DNA of 64,000 bases from Candidatus Latescibacterota bacterium (GTDB taxonomy: Bacteria; Krumholzibacteriota; Krumholzibacteriia; WVZY01). The stretch is taken from contig CAWBQK010000007.1 in NCBI GenBank assembly GCA_963791045.1, positions 160,001 to 224,000 on the forward strand. The letters are read 5' to 3'. Below the pieces are notes generated by a model, which saw only the letters and a list, made by a program, of their open reading frames with translations, made no database searches and was not told where the DNA came from. Below, one piece after another: positions 1 through 8,979 of the stretch (the first letter of the stretch is position 1; every line of letters begins with the position of its first letter). Made by a program: the position numbers and the translations under genes.

Positions 1-597
1 GCTGTAACCGCCTTTGAAGAGCTCTCCAAGGGCGTATTCCAGGGAATCCCTGTGGGTTTGCTCCACGGTCGCCTGGGCTATGCGGAGAAGGACGCGGTCA
101 TGGCCGAATTCAATTCCGGGCGGACGAAAGTTCTTGTGTCGACGACGGTTGTCGAGGTCGGTGTCCATGTACCGCAGGCGACGATAATGGCCATCCACCA
201 TCCCGACCGTTTCGGATTGTCACAGATTCACCAGCTCAGGGGCCGCGTCGGCCGTGGCGGTCACGAGGGATACTGTTTCCTTCTTACCGGAGAGGGGATT
301 TCCCGAACGGCCGGCGAACGGCTTGAAGTGCTGACCCGTGTGTCCGACGGGTTCGAAATCGCCGAAGAAGATCTTCGGATCCGTGGTCCCGGGGAGTTCT
401 TCGGCGTACGGCAGCACGGAGTCCCCGGTCTCAAGATCGCGAACCCCGCCCGCGACGCCGTGCTCGTCGAAACCGCGCAAAATCTCGTAAAAAAAATCCT
501 CCGTGAAGATCCCAGGCTCGAAGGGGCAGAGGCGCGTCCCTGTAGGCGTTATCTCGAAGAACTTGGCGCGGATACGGTGGGCGCCACAATCGGGTAG
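1..597 (+). CDS. recG: ATP-dependent DNA helicase RecG, C-terminal part (5' end outside window)
   Basis: LHGR, STTVVEVGV, RFGLSQIHQLRGRVGRG (motif VI) and DGFEIAEEDLRIRGPGE (TRG motif). The frame is open back to base 1. Confidence 0.95.
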   Translation, partial: AVTAFEELSKGVFQGIPVGLLHGRLGYAEKDAVMAEFNSGRTKVLVSTTVVEVGVHVPQATIMAIHHPDRFGLSQIHQLRGRVGRGGHEGYCFLLTGEGISRTAGERLEVLTRVSDGFEIAEEDLRIRGPGEFFGVRQHGVPGLKIANPARDAVLVETAQNLVKKILREDPRLEGAEARPCRRYLEELGADTVGATIG

Positions 598-612
598 GGG
601 CGGGCGTGGTCT

Positions 613-628
613 TGGCGTAATAGTTGCT
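613..628 (+). promoter_or_regulatory. sigma54 (RpoN) -24/-12 promoter upstream of the Zn-ribbon/RomX-like gene
   Basis: TGGCGTAATAGTTGCT: GG at 614-615 and GC at 626-627 with the required 10-nt spacing; intergenic and sense to the ORF at 756. Confidence 0.7.
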
Positions 629-755
629 TGGGATTACCTTCGATGGGTATAAGGGGCACATCTGTGAAGGGTGCGTTGCGAAATAACGGGCCATCCTTGC
701 ATATTTGTCCATGGAGGCCGGTATAGACCGGAACCGAAGCGGAAGGTAATCGCAA

Positions 756-1244
756 ATGATCATTCAATGTGAGAGCTGCATCTCCAAATATTTTTTGCCC
801 GAATCGAAGATTCCGCCGACGCCGCTCAAGGTGAGCTGTCCAAAATGCCAGGCTGTTTTTCGCCTGGTCCCGCCGGCGGAGAAAGTCTTTGCGAGCAAGC
901 CGGAGACCGTGGTACCGTCCGACGTGATTTCAACCGGACAAGCACCGGAGCCCGCTCAAACGACCGCGAAACCCGCGGGTCGCTCAAAGAGATCGGCGGG
1001 GCAGGGTCCGGACGCAAGGGCGAGACGTCTTGCCCGCGTGCTCGTGTCGGACATCCTGTGTTACAACAAAGAGAAGCGTGACCAGGCGCTCATCGACGAC
1101 GAACTGATGTCGGTTCTCGGTGATGAAATTAAAAAGTCCTGGGAGCTTTATAAGGAAAAGGTGGGGCCGGAGCTCGCCAATTCCACGAACTACTTCAAGG
1201 AAGCCTTGAACGAGATTTTAGCGGATGGGCAGAAAGTTTTCTGA
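756..1244 (+). CDS. MJ0042-type zinc-ribbon protein with a C-terminal RomX-like helical domain
   Basis: N-terminal CESC...CPKC zinc ribbon, Pro/Ala linker, then ARRLARVLVSDILCYN...EIKKSWELYKEKV...TNYFKEALNEIL, resembling myxobacterial RomX as recalled. Confidence 0.75.
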   Translation: MIIQCESCISKYFLPESKIPPTPLKVSCPKCQAVFRLVPPAEKVFASKPETVVPSDVISTGQAPEPAQTTAKPAGRSKRSAGQGPDARARRLARVLVSDILCYNKEKRDQALIDDELMSVLGDEIKKSWELYKEKVGPELANSTNYFKEALNEILADGQKVF

Positions 1245-1251
1245 TCAAGCC

Positions 1252-2145
1252 ATGACTTCGAATCACACGAAGTCTCAAGGTGCTCGTGAGCCGGCGGTTT
1301 TCGTCGTGTCAAACGATGCGGCCTATCTGAAGGCCGTATTGTCTTCAGTGTCGGGAAGTCCCCGACAACTACACCCCATGTTCGAACATAGACCAGATGA
1401 TGTCAGGCGCTGGCCGCGGCGCGACAAGCTCAATGTCGTTTTCGCGATCATCGTCGAGAAAGACGGTTATGCCGTCGACACGCTGATGCTGAGAACGTGC
1501 AAGCTCGATTATCCGCAGGTCAATTTCATAGTCATGCTGGAAGAGTGCGAGCAACGGTGTTACGTCCGATTCCAGTCCCTCGGAGTTCAGAGTATCCTCC
1601 TTGCACCGCACACCGAAGTCAGTCTCAAAAATGAGATTACCACCGCTCTGCCCAACATTCCCCAGTTCAAACGTCACCCGGATCTCCCGTTCCGGGGTAG
1701 CGTTCGTTTCGATTTCCTGGTTCCCAGCGATCTTTCGTATGTGCTGGGAATCAACCACCTCGTGTCGACGCTCCTGAAAGAGTTTTCGTTTCCCGCCGTC
1801 GATTACCGGATAAACATACCGCTGGCGTGCGATGAAGCGATAACCAACGCGATGGTCCATGGAAACAAGTCAGACGCTGAGAAGAAAGTGAGCGTTCAAA
1901 TCTACATCAGCTCGTCGAGGATCAAGCTGCGGATAAAGGATCAGGGCGAGGGTTTTGATGTTGAGCAGGTGGCGAACCCCATTGCGAGCGAGAACCTGAT
2001 GCGTTCATCGGGACGCGGCGTGTATCTGATGAGGAGTATCATGGATACCGTTGAGTACAAAGACGGCGGACGCGTTCTTGAGCTCGAAAAAACAAACACC
2101 AACTCAAACGGAAACGGCGCGATCCGGAACGGCGCCCCGCGTTAG
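1252..2145 (+). CDS. RsbW-type anti-sigma factor/Ser kinase (HATPase) with a degenerate N-terminal receiver-like domain
   Basis: EAITNAMVHGN (N box), DQGEGFD (G1) and GRGVYLM (G2). The N-terminal alpha/beta pattern is REC-like but lacks the canonical acidic and Lys residues. Confidence 0.8.
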   Translation: MTSNHTKSQGAREPAVFVVSNDAAYLKAVLSSVSGSPRQLHPMFEHRPDDVRRWPRRDKLNVVFAIIVEKDGYAVDTLMLRTCKLDYPQVNFIVMLEECEQRCYVRFQSLGVQSILLAPHTEVSLKNEITTALPNIPQFKRHPDLPFRGSVRFDFLVPSDLSYVLGINHLVSTLLKEFSFPAVDYRINIPLACDEAITNAMVHGNKSDAEKKVSVQIYISSSRIKLRIKDQGEGFDVEQVANPIASENLMRSSGRGVYLMRSIMDTVEYKDGGRVLELEKTNTNSNGNGAIRNGAPR

Positions 2146-2156
2146 ACGGCGATCCA

Positions 2157-2597
2157 TCATTCGTCGTGCCACTTCTCCTTGGCGACCCTGCCCAGCATTT
2201 CATCGATTTGATTCCATATGCGCGCATTCTGATCGGGCTCGAACAGGGCCTTCTTGACACGGCCGTACTCGTCTTTCTGGACGTAGCGGATTGATTTGAG
2301 AGTCTCCATCGGTACAAGAATATCTTTGCAGACTTTGACCTCGAGAGGTTTGCCGTCGAGGTTGATGTCGGGATTGTTGTCGGGGTGCATTCCAAGGCCC
2401 CAGCCGTGTGCGATCATGCTGCAGATGAGCGCGCGAAATGTATCCTGGTCCTGAACCGTGTCCAGATCGAGCGTGCCATGAATTTTTTCTGACACTCCGC
2501 CGACCACGGGTATGAGTTTTTTCATAACTTGTGGGCTAATTTCCACATTCAGGAGCCGGGAAAACATCTCCGTAAGCATCTTTTCAATGATCCGCAT
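2157..2597 (-). CDS. hypothetical protein
   Basis: 146-aa ORF with protein-like composition, filling the gap downstream of the MFS gene on the same strand. Confidence 0.65.
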   Translation of the reverse strand: MRIIEKMLTEMFSRLLNVEISPQVMKKLIPVVGGVSEKIHGTLDLDTVQDQDTFRALICSMIAHGWGLGMHPDNNPDINLDGKPLEVKVCKDILVPMETLKSIRYVQKDEYGRVKKALFEPDQNARIWNQIDEMLGRVAKEKWHDE

Positions 2598-2626
2598 GGA
2601 AGTACCACCCATCTTGGGGAACGATG

Positions 2627-3874
2627 TTAAATCTCGAGGTAGTCTTTTCTCTCCAACCACAAACCCACAACTGCAAGAAGCACGCCCAAACACAGGATGA
2701 TGAACGCCTTATCGAGAGCGACGGTTATCAGCGTGGCGAGAAGTGACATTGTGAGGAATGAGGTCTTGGTGACAACCTCGCGGGCGGCGAATACGCGTCC
2801 CCGAAAATCGCCGGGGATGTGGATCTGAAGGAGGGTCTCGGTGACGACGGAAATCGGCGAGACGGCCACGCCAAGGACGAAGGCCCAGACCATCAGGGGA
2901 ATCAAACCACCTGCGAATGACACCGCGACGAGAGCGGCGGCGAGGAGCAGGGTCGAGTGCGCCACCACCCGATTGAATGACAACCGTCCCTGGCACAGGC
3001 TGGCCAGGCCGGCGCCCGCGAGAAGTCCAACGGTACCCGACACGGCAACGAGAGAAAGGTATATCGTCCGGTCTGTGGGCAGTATCTCCTGGATACGCGC
3101 GATGCCGACAACGTAGAGGATCGAAAGGACTCCAAAAAGCGCCGTCTGCGCGGCGAGGCAGTAGGCGATCCGCCGATCTGTTTTTATGAGACCGATACCC
3201 TGGCGAATCGAGCCGAACAGTGAAGATGCCCGGGGGCGCGTTCGCGGTCTTGCGTCGACGGTATCGTTTTCGGCCGGGCGGTTTCGCCGAATGAGACGGG
3301 GGAGAAAGAACAGGGGCAGGAGGAAAATTACCGAGACGAAATAGCTCGTCGCGTCGGTATAAAAACTGAGCTGCCATGACCGGTAGTCGAAAAACCAGCC
3401 GCCGACAAGAAATCCGCCGATCGTGCCGATGATACCGAGCCCCCATAGCACCGCGTTTATCCGGAGAAGTTTCAGCTGCCCGAAATATTCGGGGATGGCG
3501 GCGGACTTGGCGGGCGCGAAGAGCAGATTGGCCATCGAGAGAAAGAATATGGGGATATAGAACGCGTACATGCTGTCCATGAAGTGATAAAGGACGGGAA
3601 TTACAGCCACACACAGACCACGGGCGAAATCCGTAACGACGAGCACCGTCGCCCGGTTGCCGCGATCCACGAGATCGCCAAAGAGGGGCGCAAAGAGAAG
3701 TATCGGGAGATGCCCGAAAAGAATGAATTGAAACAACTCGATGCTCGACCCCGGCGCGACTTTCCCGATCATGCCGACGACGGAGAATTGATGGAGCCGA
3801 TCGCCAAAAATCGATACCACCTGCGCGATTGTGAAGGAGAAAAACGCGAATTTGAGGAAGGACGATTTCGGCAA
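2627..3874 (-). CDS. MFS transporter
   Basis: About 12 hydrophobic segments, motif A GDLVDRGNR, and a C-terminal repeat IPGDFRGRVFA. Confidence 0.9.
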   Translation of the reverse strand: MPKSSFLKFAFFSFTIAQVVSIFGDRLHQFSVVGMIGKVAPGSSIELFQFILFGHLPILLFAPLFGDLVDRGNRATVLVVTDFARGLCVAVIPVLYHFMDSMYAFYIPIFFLSMANLLFAPAKSAAIPEYFGQLKLLRINAVLWGLGIIGTIGGFLVGGWFFDYRSWQLSFYTDATSYFVSVIFLLPLFFLPRLIRRNRPAENDTVDARPRTRPRASSLFGSIRQGIGLIKTDRRIAYCLAAQTALFGVLSILYVVGIARIQEILPTDRTIYLSLVAVSGTVGLLAGAGLASLCQGRLSFNRVVAHSTLLLAAALVAVSFAGGLIPLMVWAFVLGVAVSPISVVTETLLQIHIPGDFRGRVFAAREVVTKTSFLTMSLLATLITVALDKAFIILCLGVLLAVVGLWLERKDYLEI

Positions 3875-3878
3875 GCGT

Positions 3879-5042
3879 CTATGCCTTCTGGATCTGGAGT
3901 ACCGACTCGCGGTCGGGCCGCGACGCCAGCTCTTCGGTCAGGCCGGTGTCGTACACCTGCTCGAGCCGGCGGGCGATACTGGTCCAATGATAGCTTTCGG
4001 CGAATGTTCGGCCGTTTTCGCTGAGCGCCATCCGGAGTTCTTCGTCGTTGATGAGTTCGCTCAGGGCGGCCGCCAATGATTTCGAATCCTTCGGCGGGAC
4101 TGTAAGAGAGTTCCGCCGGTCTTCGAGTATCGTCAGATAGCCGGGAATTGATGTCGCGATGATCGGTGTGCCCGACGCCATAGCCTCGAGAAGAACGATT
4201 CCAAAACTCTCGTGATCCGTTGCCGGCGAACAGAAGACATGCCCGGTTGCGAAATACCTCGGGAGCAGGTCTTTCGGTACCACCCCGGCGAAGTGAAGTT
4301 CGATCCGTTTGGGGAGGCGCGGAAGAAGATGCCGGCGCGGCGTGTTGTCGCCGACGATGATAAGGCGGATTCTGCGCGTGGTTGATTTCGCCACCGATGA
4401 CATCGCGTGGAAAAGATACTTGAGCCCCTTGCGCTGATCGAGGCGCCCGACATAGAGAATGTTGAACGCGTCATCGCAGAACTCGTCGATGGGTTTGCGC
4501 TCAGGTGAAAACCGAGTGCAGTCGACCCCGTTCGGTATGATTGTGAAATCACCGGGGACGTACTTGTTCGCCAGCGCACGTGCGGCGTTCGAGACGGCGA
4601 TACGGGTGTCAATCCTCCGCGCGACTCTCCTGAAGAAATGCCCGAATGCCCAATGCCCAAAGCTGCGATCCGCGGCGGCGTGAAACGTCCCCAGGACGCG
4701 GCAATTCTTCGGAGCCGTAAGGAGTGTGAGCAAGGGAAGCGTCGGCGCCATCGGGCAGTGGGTGTGGATGACATCGGGTTCCAGATCGTTGAAGACCCGT
4801 TTGAGATCCCGGGCGAGGTTGGTGCCCACGGTCATATTCGCCCAGGCTCCGTATATGGGGACGAGAACATTCTTGCCCAGGCGAACAATACCCGGTTCCG
4901 TTTGTCTTGAATTGTCGAAGTTGGAAGTGACGACAGTTACGTCGTGCCCCAAACGTCTCAACTCGAGCGCGCTGTGATGAACGTGCTCGGTGACGCCGCC
5001 GGGGCGCGGGTAGTAAGACTGTGAAACAAGGGCGATTCTCAT
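3879..5042 (-). CDS. GT4 glycosyltransferase, PimA-like
   Basis: PGGVTEHV, YVGRLDQRKG and ESFGIVLLEAMASG (EX7E motif). Confidence 0.88.
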   Translation of the reverse strand: MRIALVSQSYYPRPGGVTEHVHHSALELRRLGHDVTVVTSNFDNSRQTEPGIVRLGKNVLVPIYGAWANMTVGTNLARDLKRVFNDLEPDVIHTHCPMAPTLPLLTLLTAPKNCRVLGTFHAAADRSFGHWAFGHFFRRVARRIDTRIAVSNAARALANKYVPGDFTIIPNGVDCTRFSPERKPIDEFCDDAFNILYVGRLDQRKGLKYLFHAMSSVAKSTTRRIRLIIVGDNTPRRHLLPRLPKRIELHFAGVVPKDLLPRYFATGHVFCSPATDHESFGIVLLEAMASGTPIIATSIPGYLTILEDRRNSLTVPPKDSKSLAAALSELINDEELRMALSENGRTFAESYHWTSIARRLEQVYDTGLTEELASRPDRESVLQIQKA

Positions 5043-5914
5043 AATTGAGGGGTAACGTCCGTTTTAGAGAGTTTCCGAAATATACACCACTGCCCGGGGT
5101 CATCTACAATACATTTTTCCACTCGGCTCATCAATGATTGCGTCATCTCCCGTTCGCCGGCGATATCGGCCGGCGGCGCCATCGGCGGTTCGACAATCAC
5201 ATCGAGGTGGTTGTCCGGGCGCCTGCGGCAGTAGGTCAACGCGACGGGCGTTGACATGACCCTCGACAACCGGGATGGTCCGCGGGGCGCTGTTATCTGT
5301 TTTCCCAGAAATGACACGTTATGTCCACCGGCAAAAAGATCCCCGTCGATATGAAGCGCCAGTGCCTGGTTCGCTTCGAGGGCCCTGTAAAGATCCCGGA
5401 GCGGTTGTTCGAGCCCGAGCATCTTGATGCCGAACCGTTCCTTGAGCGCTTTCACCTGTTCGGACCAGCCCGGACGGAGTTGTTCTCCGGCGATCGTGGT
5501 TATGGGCACGCCGTTCATTGAGAGGAAGAGCCCCCCGAGTTCCCAGTTGCCCGAGTGAAATGTTGCGAGGATGATGCCGCGCCCCCTGGCCAGCACTGCG
5601 TCGATATGCTCCCTGCCGTGCAGACTCATTCTCTCCCGGATGTCCTGCTCCGGCGCCGTCGTCGTCTTGAGAAGTTCGAGCACGTTGAGAGATTGGCTTT
5701 GGAATGATCGCCACGGCGGACGACCCGGGCCGAATTCGACGGCGGGTTTTGTGTTGGCCAGGTAATTTCGCCGTTTTCCGGGTGAGGTCCAGTAGTGGAT
5801 GAAGCCCCCGATTCTCGCCGCCCAACCGAGAAGTGTGTACGGCAGGAACGAGATGCCCCACGTGGCCAGACGGTACGAGAGAGGTCCGCGTTGGTTTCCG
5901 TTCCGGATCGGCAT
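5039..5914 (-). CDS. PatA/LpxL-family lipid acyltransferase
   Basis: RGIILATFHSGNWELGG catalytic motif, VSFLG, and PGQW near the C-terminus. Start placed at the ATG after a GAGAGG SD; overlaps the GT4 start by 4 nt. Confidence 0.85.
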   Translation of the reverse strand: MPIRNGNQRGPLSYRLATWGISFLPYTLLGWAARIGGFIHYWTSPGKRRNYLANTKPAVEFGPGRPPWRSFQSQSLNVLELLKTTTAPEQDIRERMSLHGREHIDAVLARGRGIILATFHSGNWELGGLFLSMNGVPITTIAGEQLRPGWSEQVKALKERFGIKMLGLEQPLRDLYRALEANQALALHIDGDLFAGGHNVSFLGKQITAPRGPSRLSRVMSTPVALTYCRRRPDNHLDVIVEPPMAPPADIAGEREMTQSLMSRVEKCIVDDPGQWCIFRKLSKTDVTPQL

Positions 5915-6122
5915 GCCCCGCCTCTCTGACGATCCCCCCGCTTTTGCGCCGCGATTCAAGGGGGAGATTCGTCGACTCACTTCCATTTCCGGAAATGCAA
6001 GTTCGTGAGCACTTTGCATTCCGCGTTCCCCGCCGGCACACGGGGCCTGCATCAGCAGTATTGTATGCGATTTGACATGAATGAGTTAAGCGGTTTCTGC
6101 CGGCGCTCTCGATTTGAGTGTT

Positions 6123-6137
6123 TGGCACGCTCTTTGC
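6123..6137 (+). promoter_or_regulatory. sigma54 -24/-12 promoter upstream of the MglA-like gene
   Basis: TGGCACG-CTCT-TTGC matches the TGGCACG-N4-TTGC consensus exactly; about 120 nt upstream of the ATG at 6255. Confidence 0.8.
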
Positions 6138-6254
6138 GCCTACCGGCCCTGCGGCAGTGTGCCCCGAGTCAAACGAATATCTAAGGTGCCGTTGATCCCG
6201 CCGTCGGGCGACACGGTTGAGAAGCTAAACCAGCGTGTTTCGAAAGGGTTAGAA

Positions 6255-7694
6255 ATGGTGGTCTTCAACACATCAGGATCGGAAGTCAACACCAAGATCG
6301 TCTACTACGGACCTGCCTTGAGCGGCAAGACGACCAATCTCGAGCACATCTATCGACAGATGCCGTCCGACGTAAAAGGCAAAATGGTGTCCATGAAGAC
6401 GCGGACGGACCGCACGTTGTTTTTTGATTTTCTGCCGCTGCAGCTCGGCGACGTCAATGGCTACCGCACTCGGATTCTTCTCTACACGGTTCCCGGCCAG
6501 GTTTATTACAACGCGACCCGGAAACTGGTTCTCAAGGGCGCGGATGCCGTGGTTTTTGTCGCCGACTCGGACCCGGAAAAACACGAAGAAAACATCGACA
6601 GCCTTCGGAATCTCGAAGAAAACCTCAACGAACTCGGGCTCACGCTCGACACGACGCCGTGGGTAATTCAGTTCAACAAAAGAGATCTGCCCAGTGCGGC
6701 GCCGGTAAGAACACTGGAGAGCGAACTCAATCTTCTCAATGTGCCGAGTTACGAGGCAATCGCCACACAGGGAATCGGCGTCTACGAAACATTCCAGGGG
6801 ATTGCCGGCATGCTTTACAACAAGCTGACGGAGAAGCTCGAACCACGGCGTCCCGAAGACGCCGCACAACCGGCGGCTACGCCGGAGGTACTCGCGGGCC
6901 CACCCAACAACGACAAGTCCATGACGGATGTGATCGATGACGCTCTGCGCGAAGTTGCGACACCCGTTCCTGGAAGTGCGCCTGTGGAAGCCACCGCGGC
7001 GCCCGTTGCAGAAGCATCCGAATCGCCTGCCGGCCAGGTCGATGGCGAAATGATCACCGCCCCGGCTCAAATAGCCGCCGCACCGGCGGGGCAGCCGGCG
7101 CCGATCACACCGGCTCCGGCCCAGGCGGCCGTCACACCGCCGGCGCCGACTTCTCAGTCCGTGCCGACCGATGTGGCTCCGTCAACCGCACCGTCCGCGG
7201 CCCCCGTCGCCAGCGCCCCGGTCACCGAAACCCCGGTGGCGCTCCAGGAAACCGCACGGCCATCGGCCGATACGGAACACATCGAGTGTGAACACGAGGA
7301 TACCGTTATGCCTGCGCCGCCGCGTGTCAGTGCCGATTCGGAGGATGAAACGTTTAAATTTGCTTCGCTGGAGGCCAAGAAAATGGACGAGACAGTCGGT
7401 CCGGTACTTGATCTCGATGAGAAAGACAACGAAGAAAAGGTCGATACAAAGCCGCTGGCGAAGGAAGATGAGTTTATTACGGATCCCTGCCGGTCGGACG
7501 CCGTGAACAATGAGATCGAGAACATCACTGAGATGATTTCGAACACGGAAGATGTCACTCTCGACGAGCAGTCCGCCATGTTGGACGATGAATGCACGAT
7601 AACAGTGCCTGTACTCCTCTCGCGGACGCAGATTCGCAAGACGATTCCGATCAAACTTCGGCTCGAGGTGCAAATCATAGACGACGATCTGTAG
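6255..7694 (+). CDS. mglA: MglA-family small GTPase with a ~280-aa Pro/Ala-rich and acidic C-terminal extension
   Basis: KIVYYGPALSGKTTNL, DRTLFFDFLPL, LYTVPGQVYY, VVFVADS and QFNKRDLP are all MglA-family signatures. Confidence 0.88.
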   Translation: MVVFNTSGSEVNTKIVYYGPALSGKTTNLEHIYRQMPSDVKGKMVSMKTRTDRTLFFDFLPLQLGDVNGYRTRILLYTVPGQVYYNATRKLVLKGADAVVFVADSDPEKHEENIDSLRNLEENLNELGLTLDTTPWVIQFNKRDLPSAAPVRTLESELNLLNVPSYEAIATQGIGVYETFQGIAGMLYNKLTEKLEPRRPEDAAQPAATPEVLAGPPNNDKSMTDVIDDALREVATPVPGSAPVEATAAPVAEASESPAGQVDGEMITAPAQIAAAPAGQPAPITPAPAQAAVTPPAPTSQSVPTDVAPSTAPSAAPVASAPVTETPVALQETARPSADTEHIECEHEDTVMPAPPRVSADSEDETFKFASLEAKKMDETVGPVLDLDEKDNEEKVDTKPLAKEDEFITDPCRSDAVNNEIENITEMISNTEDVTLDEQSAMLDDECTITVPVLLSRTQIRKTIPIKLRLEVQIIDDDL

Positions 7695-7787
7695 CCGCAA
7701 GAGACTCCGTTTACACGGAAAGTCCCCTCTATTTTTCCCTTCCTCTCCGATTGCGAAGAAAAACCGCACTCTTTTGCGTCAAAATGC

Positions 7788-7817
7788 TTGACACGTTTTT
7801 TAATGCTGTAATAGTTT
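7788..7817 (+). promoter_or_regulatory. possible sigma70 promoter for the TPR gene
   Basis: TTGACA at 7788, 18-nt spacer, TAGTTT, in an AT-rich intergenic region. Confidence 0.4.
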
Positions 7818-7854
7818 CGCTCTTGAAGAAGTTATCAACAGGGAAGCTATTCTA

Positions 7855-8979
7855 TTGGAAAATCAAGCGATTTCAAAAAAAGATCTCAAGCAGCTCGGCA
7901 AACTCCGGGGTAGAATCAATTCGAACCCGAACGACCAATTTGCGCTCTACGAGCTGATAGAACTCCTGTGGAAAGTCGGAGAGGTCGAAGAGGCCATCGA
8001 GCGCTGCCGCGCGCTCGTCAAACTTACTGACCTGTCCCCGGTGATCCTCGAGGCCGCAACCCGTTTTCTGTCAGACAATAAGCTCTACAAGGAAGCGGTA
8101 ATCGGATACAGGAAACTCGCGGAACTCCAGCCGGACCGGGCGCTCGCCCACTATTCGCTGGGGCGCATCCTCCAGCGGCTCGGCGCCGTCGAGGAGTCCA
8201 TTAGCGAGCACCGCAAGGCGATTCGCGCGGAACCCGACAACGCCGAATGCCACTACAGTTTTGGCGTTACGCTCGCCCATGTCGACAGGTTCGAAGAGGC
8301 GGAACGGTGTTACAAAAAGGCGATCGCCCTCGACCCAGCCCACGCCAAGGCCTATTCGAATCTTGGTTATATTCTCGATCTCAAGGGTCAGGGCGAAAAC
8401 GCGATACAGCTCTTCCGGAAAGCCGTTCAGTTCAATCCTCAGAGCGCCGAGGCTCATTTCAATCTCGGTGCGTTGTACGGCGAGACGGGGAAGCACGAAC
8501 GGGCGATTTACGAATTCAAAATGGCGATCGAACTCGATCCAAAGAGCCTCGAAGGTCATTTCAATCTCGGACTGGCGCTATTCGAGAGGAACGATATCGA
8601 CGGGGCGATCGAGGAGTTCAAGAAAGTGGTCAAGTTCGATCCGTCGAACAAGGCCGGCTACTTTTATCTCGGGATGGGATTCCACAAAAAGGGTCTCAAC
8701 ATGAAGGCGGTCAAATATTTCCAGAAGGCTCTCCAACTGGATCCGGAAAACCCGTCTACCCTCTACCACATCGGATTGTGCTACAACAGGATGGACCAAC
8801 CGGGGAAAGCGATCCCACCGCTCAAGCGCGTGACCGAGATCAACCCCGAAGACGGCAAGGCATTCTACTATCTAGGCGTCGTTTACGACAAAGCGGGTCA
8901 GGTTGACAAGGCGAAAGAGAACTATCGAGCAGCTGATCTCAAGTTCCAGAAACGCGATCGCCGGCGCCACTTGTCGTAG
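7855..8979 (+). CDS. tetratricopeptide-repeat protein (about 9-10 TPRs)
   Basis: Regular 34-aa repeats (AHYSLG...A...P, AHFNLG...A...P). TTG start. Confidence 0.9.
   Translation: MENQAISKKDLKQLGKLRGRINSNPNDQFALYELIELLWKVGEVEEAIERCRALVKLTDLSPVILEAATRFLSDNKLYKEAVIGYRKLAELQPDRALAHYSLGRILQRLGAVEESISEHRKAIRAEPDNAECHYSFGVTLAHVDRFEEAERCYKKAIALDPAHAKAYSNLGYILDLKGQGENAIQLFRKAVQFNPQSAEAHFNLGALYGETGKHERAIYEFKMAIELDPKSLEGHFNLGLALFERNDIDGAIEEFKKVVKFDPSNKAGYFYLGMGFHKKGLNMKAVKYFQKALQLDPENPSTLYHIGLCYNRMDQPGKAIPPLKRVTEINPEDGKAFYYLGVVYDKAGQVDKAKENYRAADLKFQKRDRRRHLS

Noticed and set aside
6960-7260. Apparent short DNA repeats in the MglA tail
   Set aside because: This is low-complexity Pro/Ala coding sequence without fixed-period repeats or spacers; it is not a CRISPR array or VNTR.
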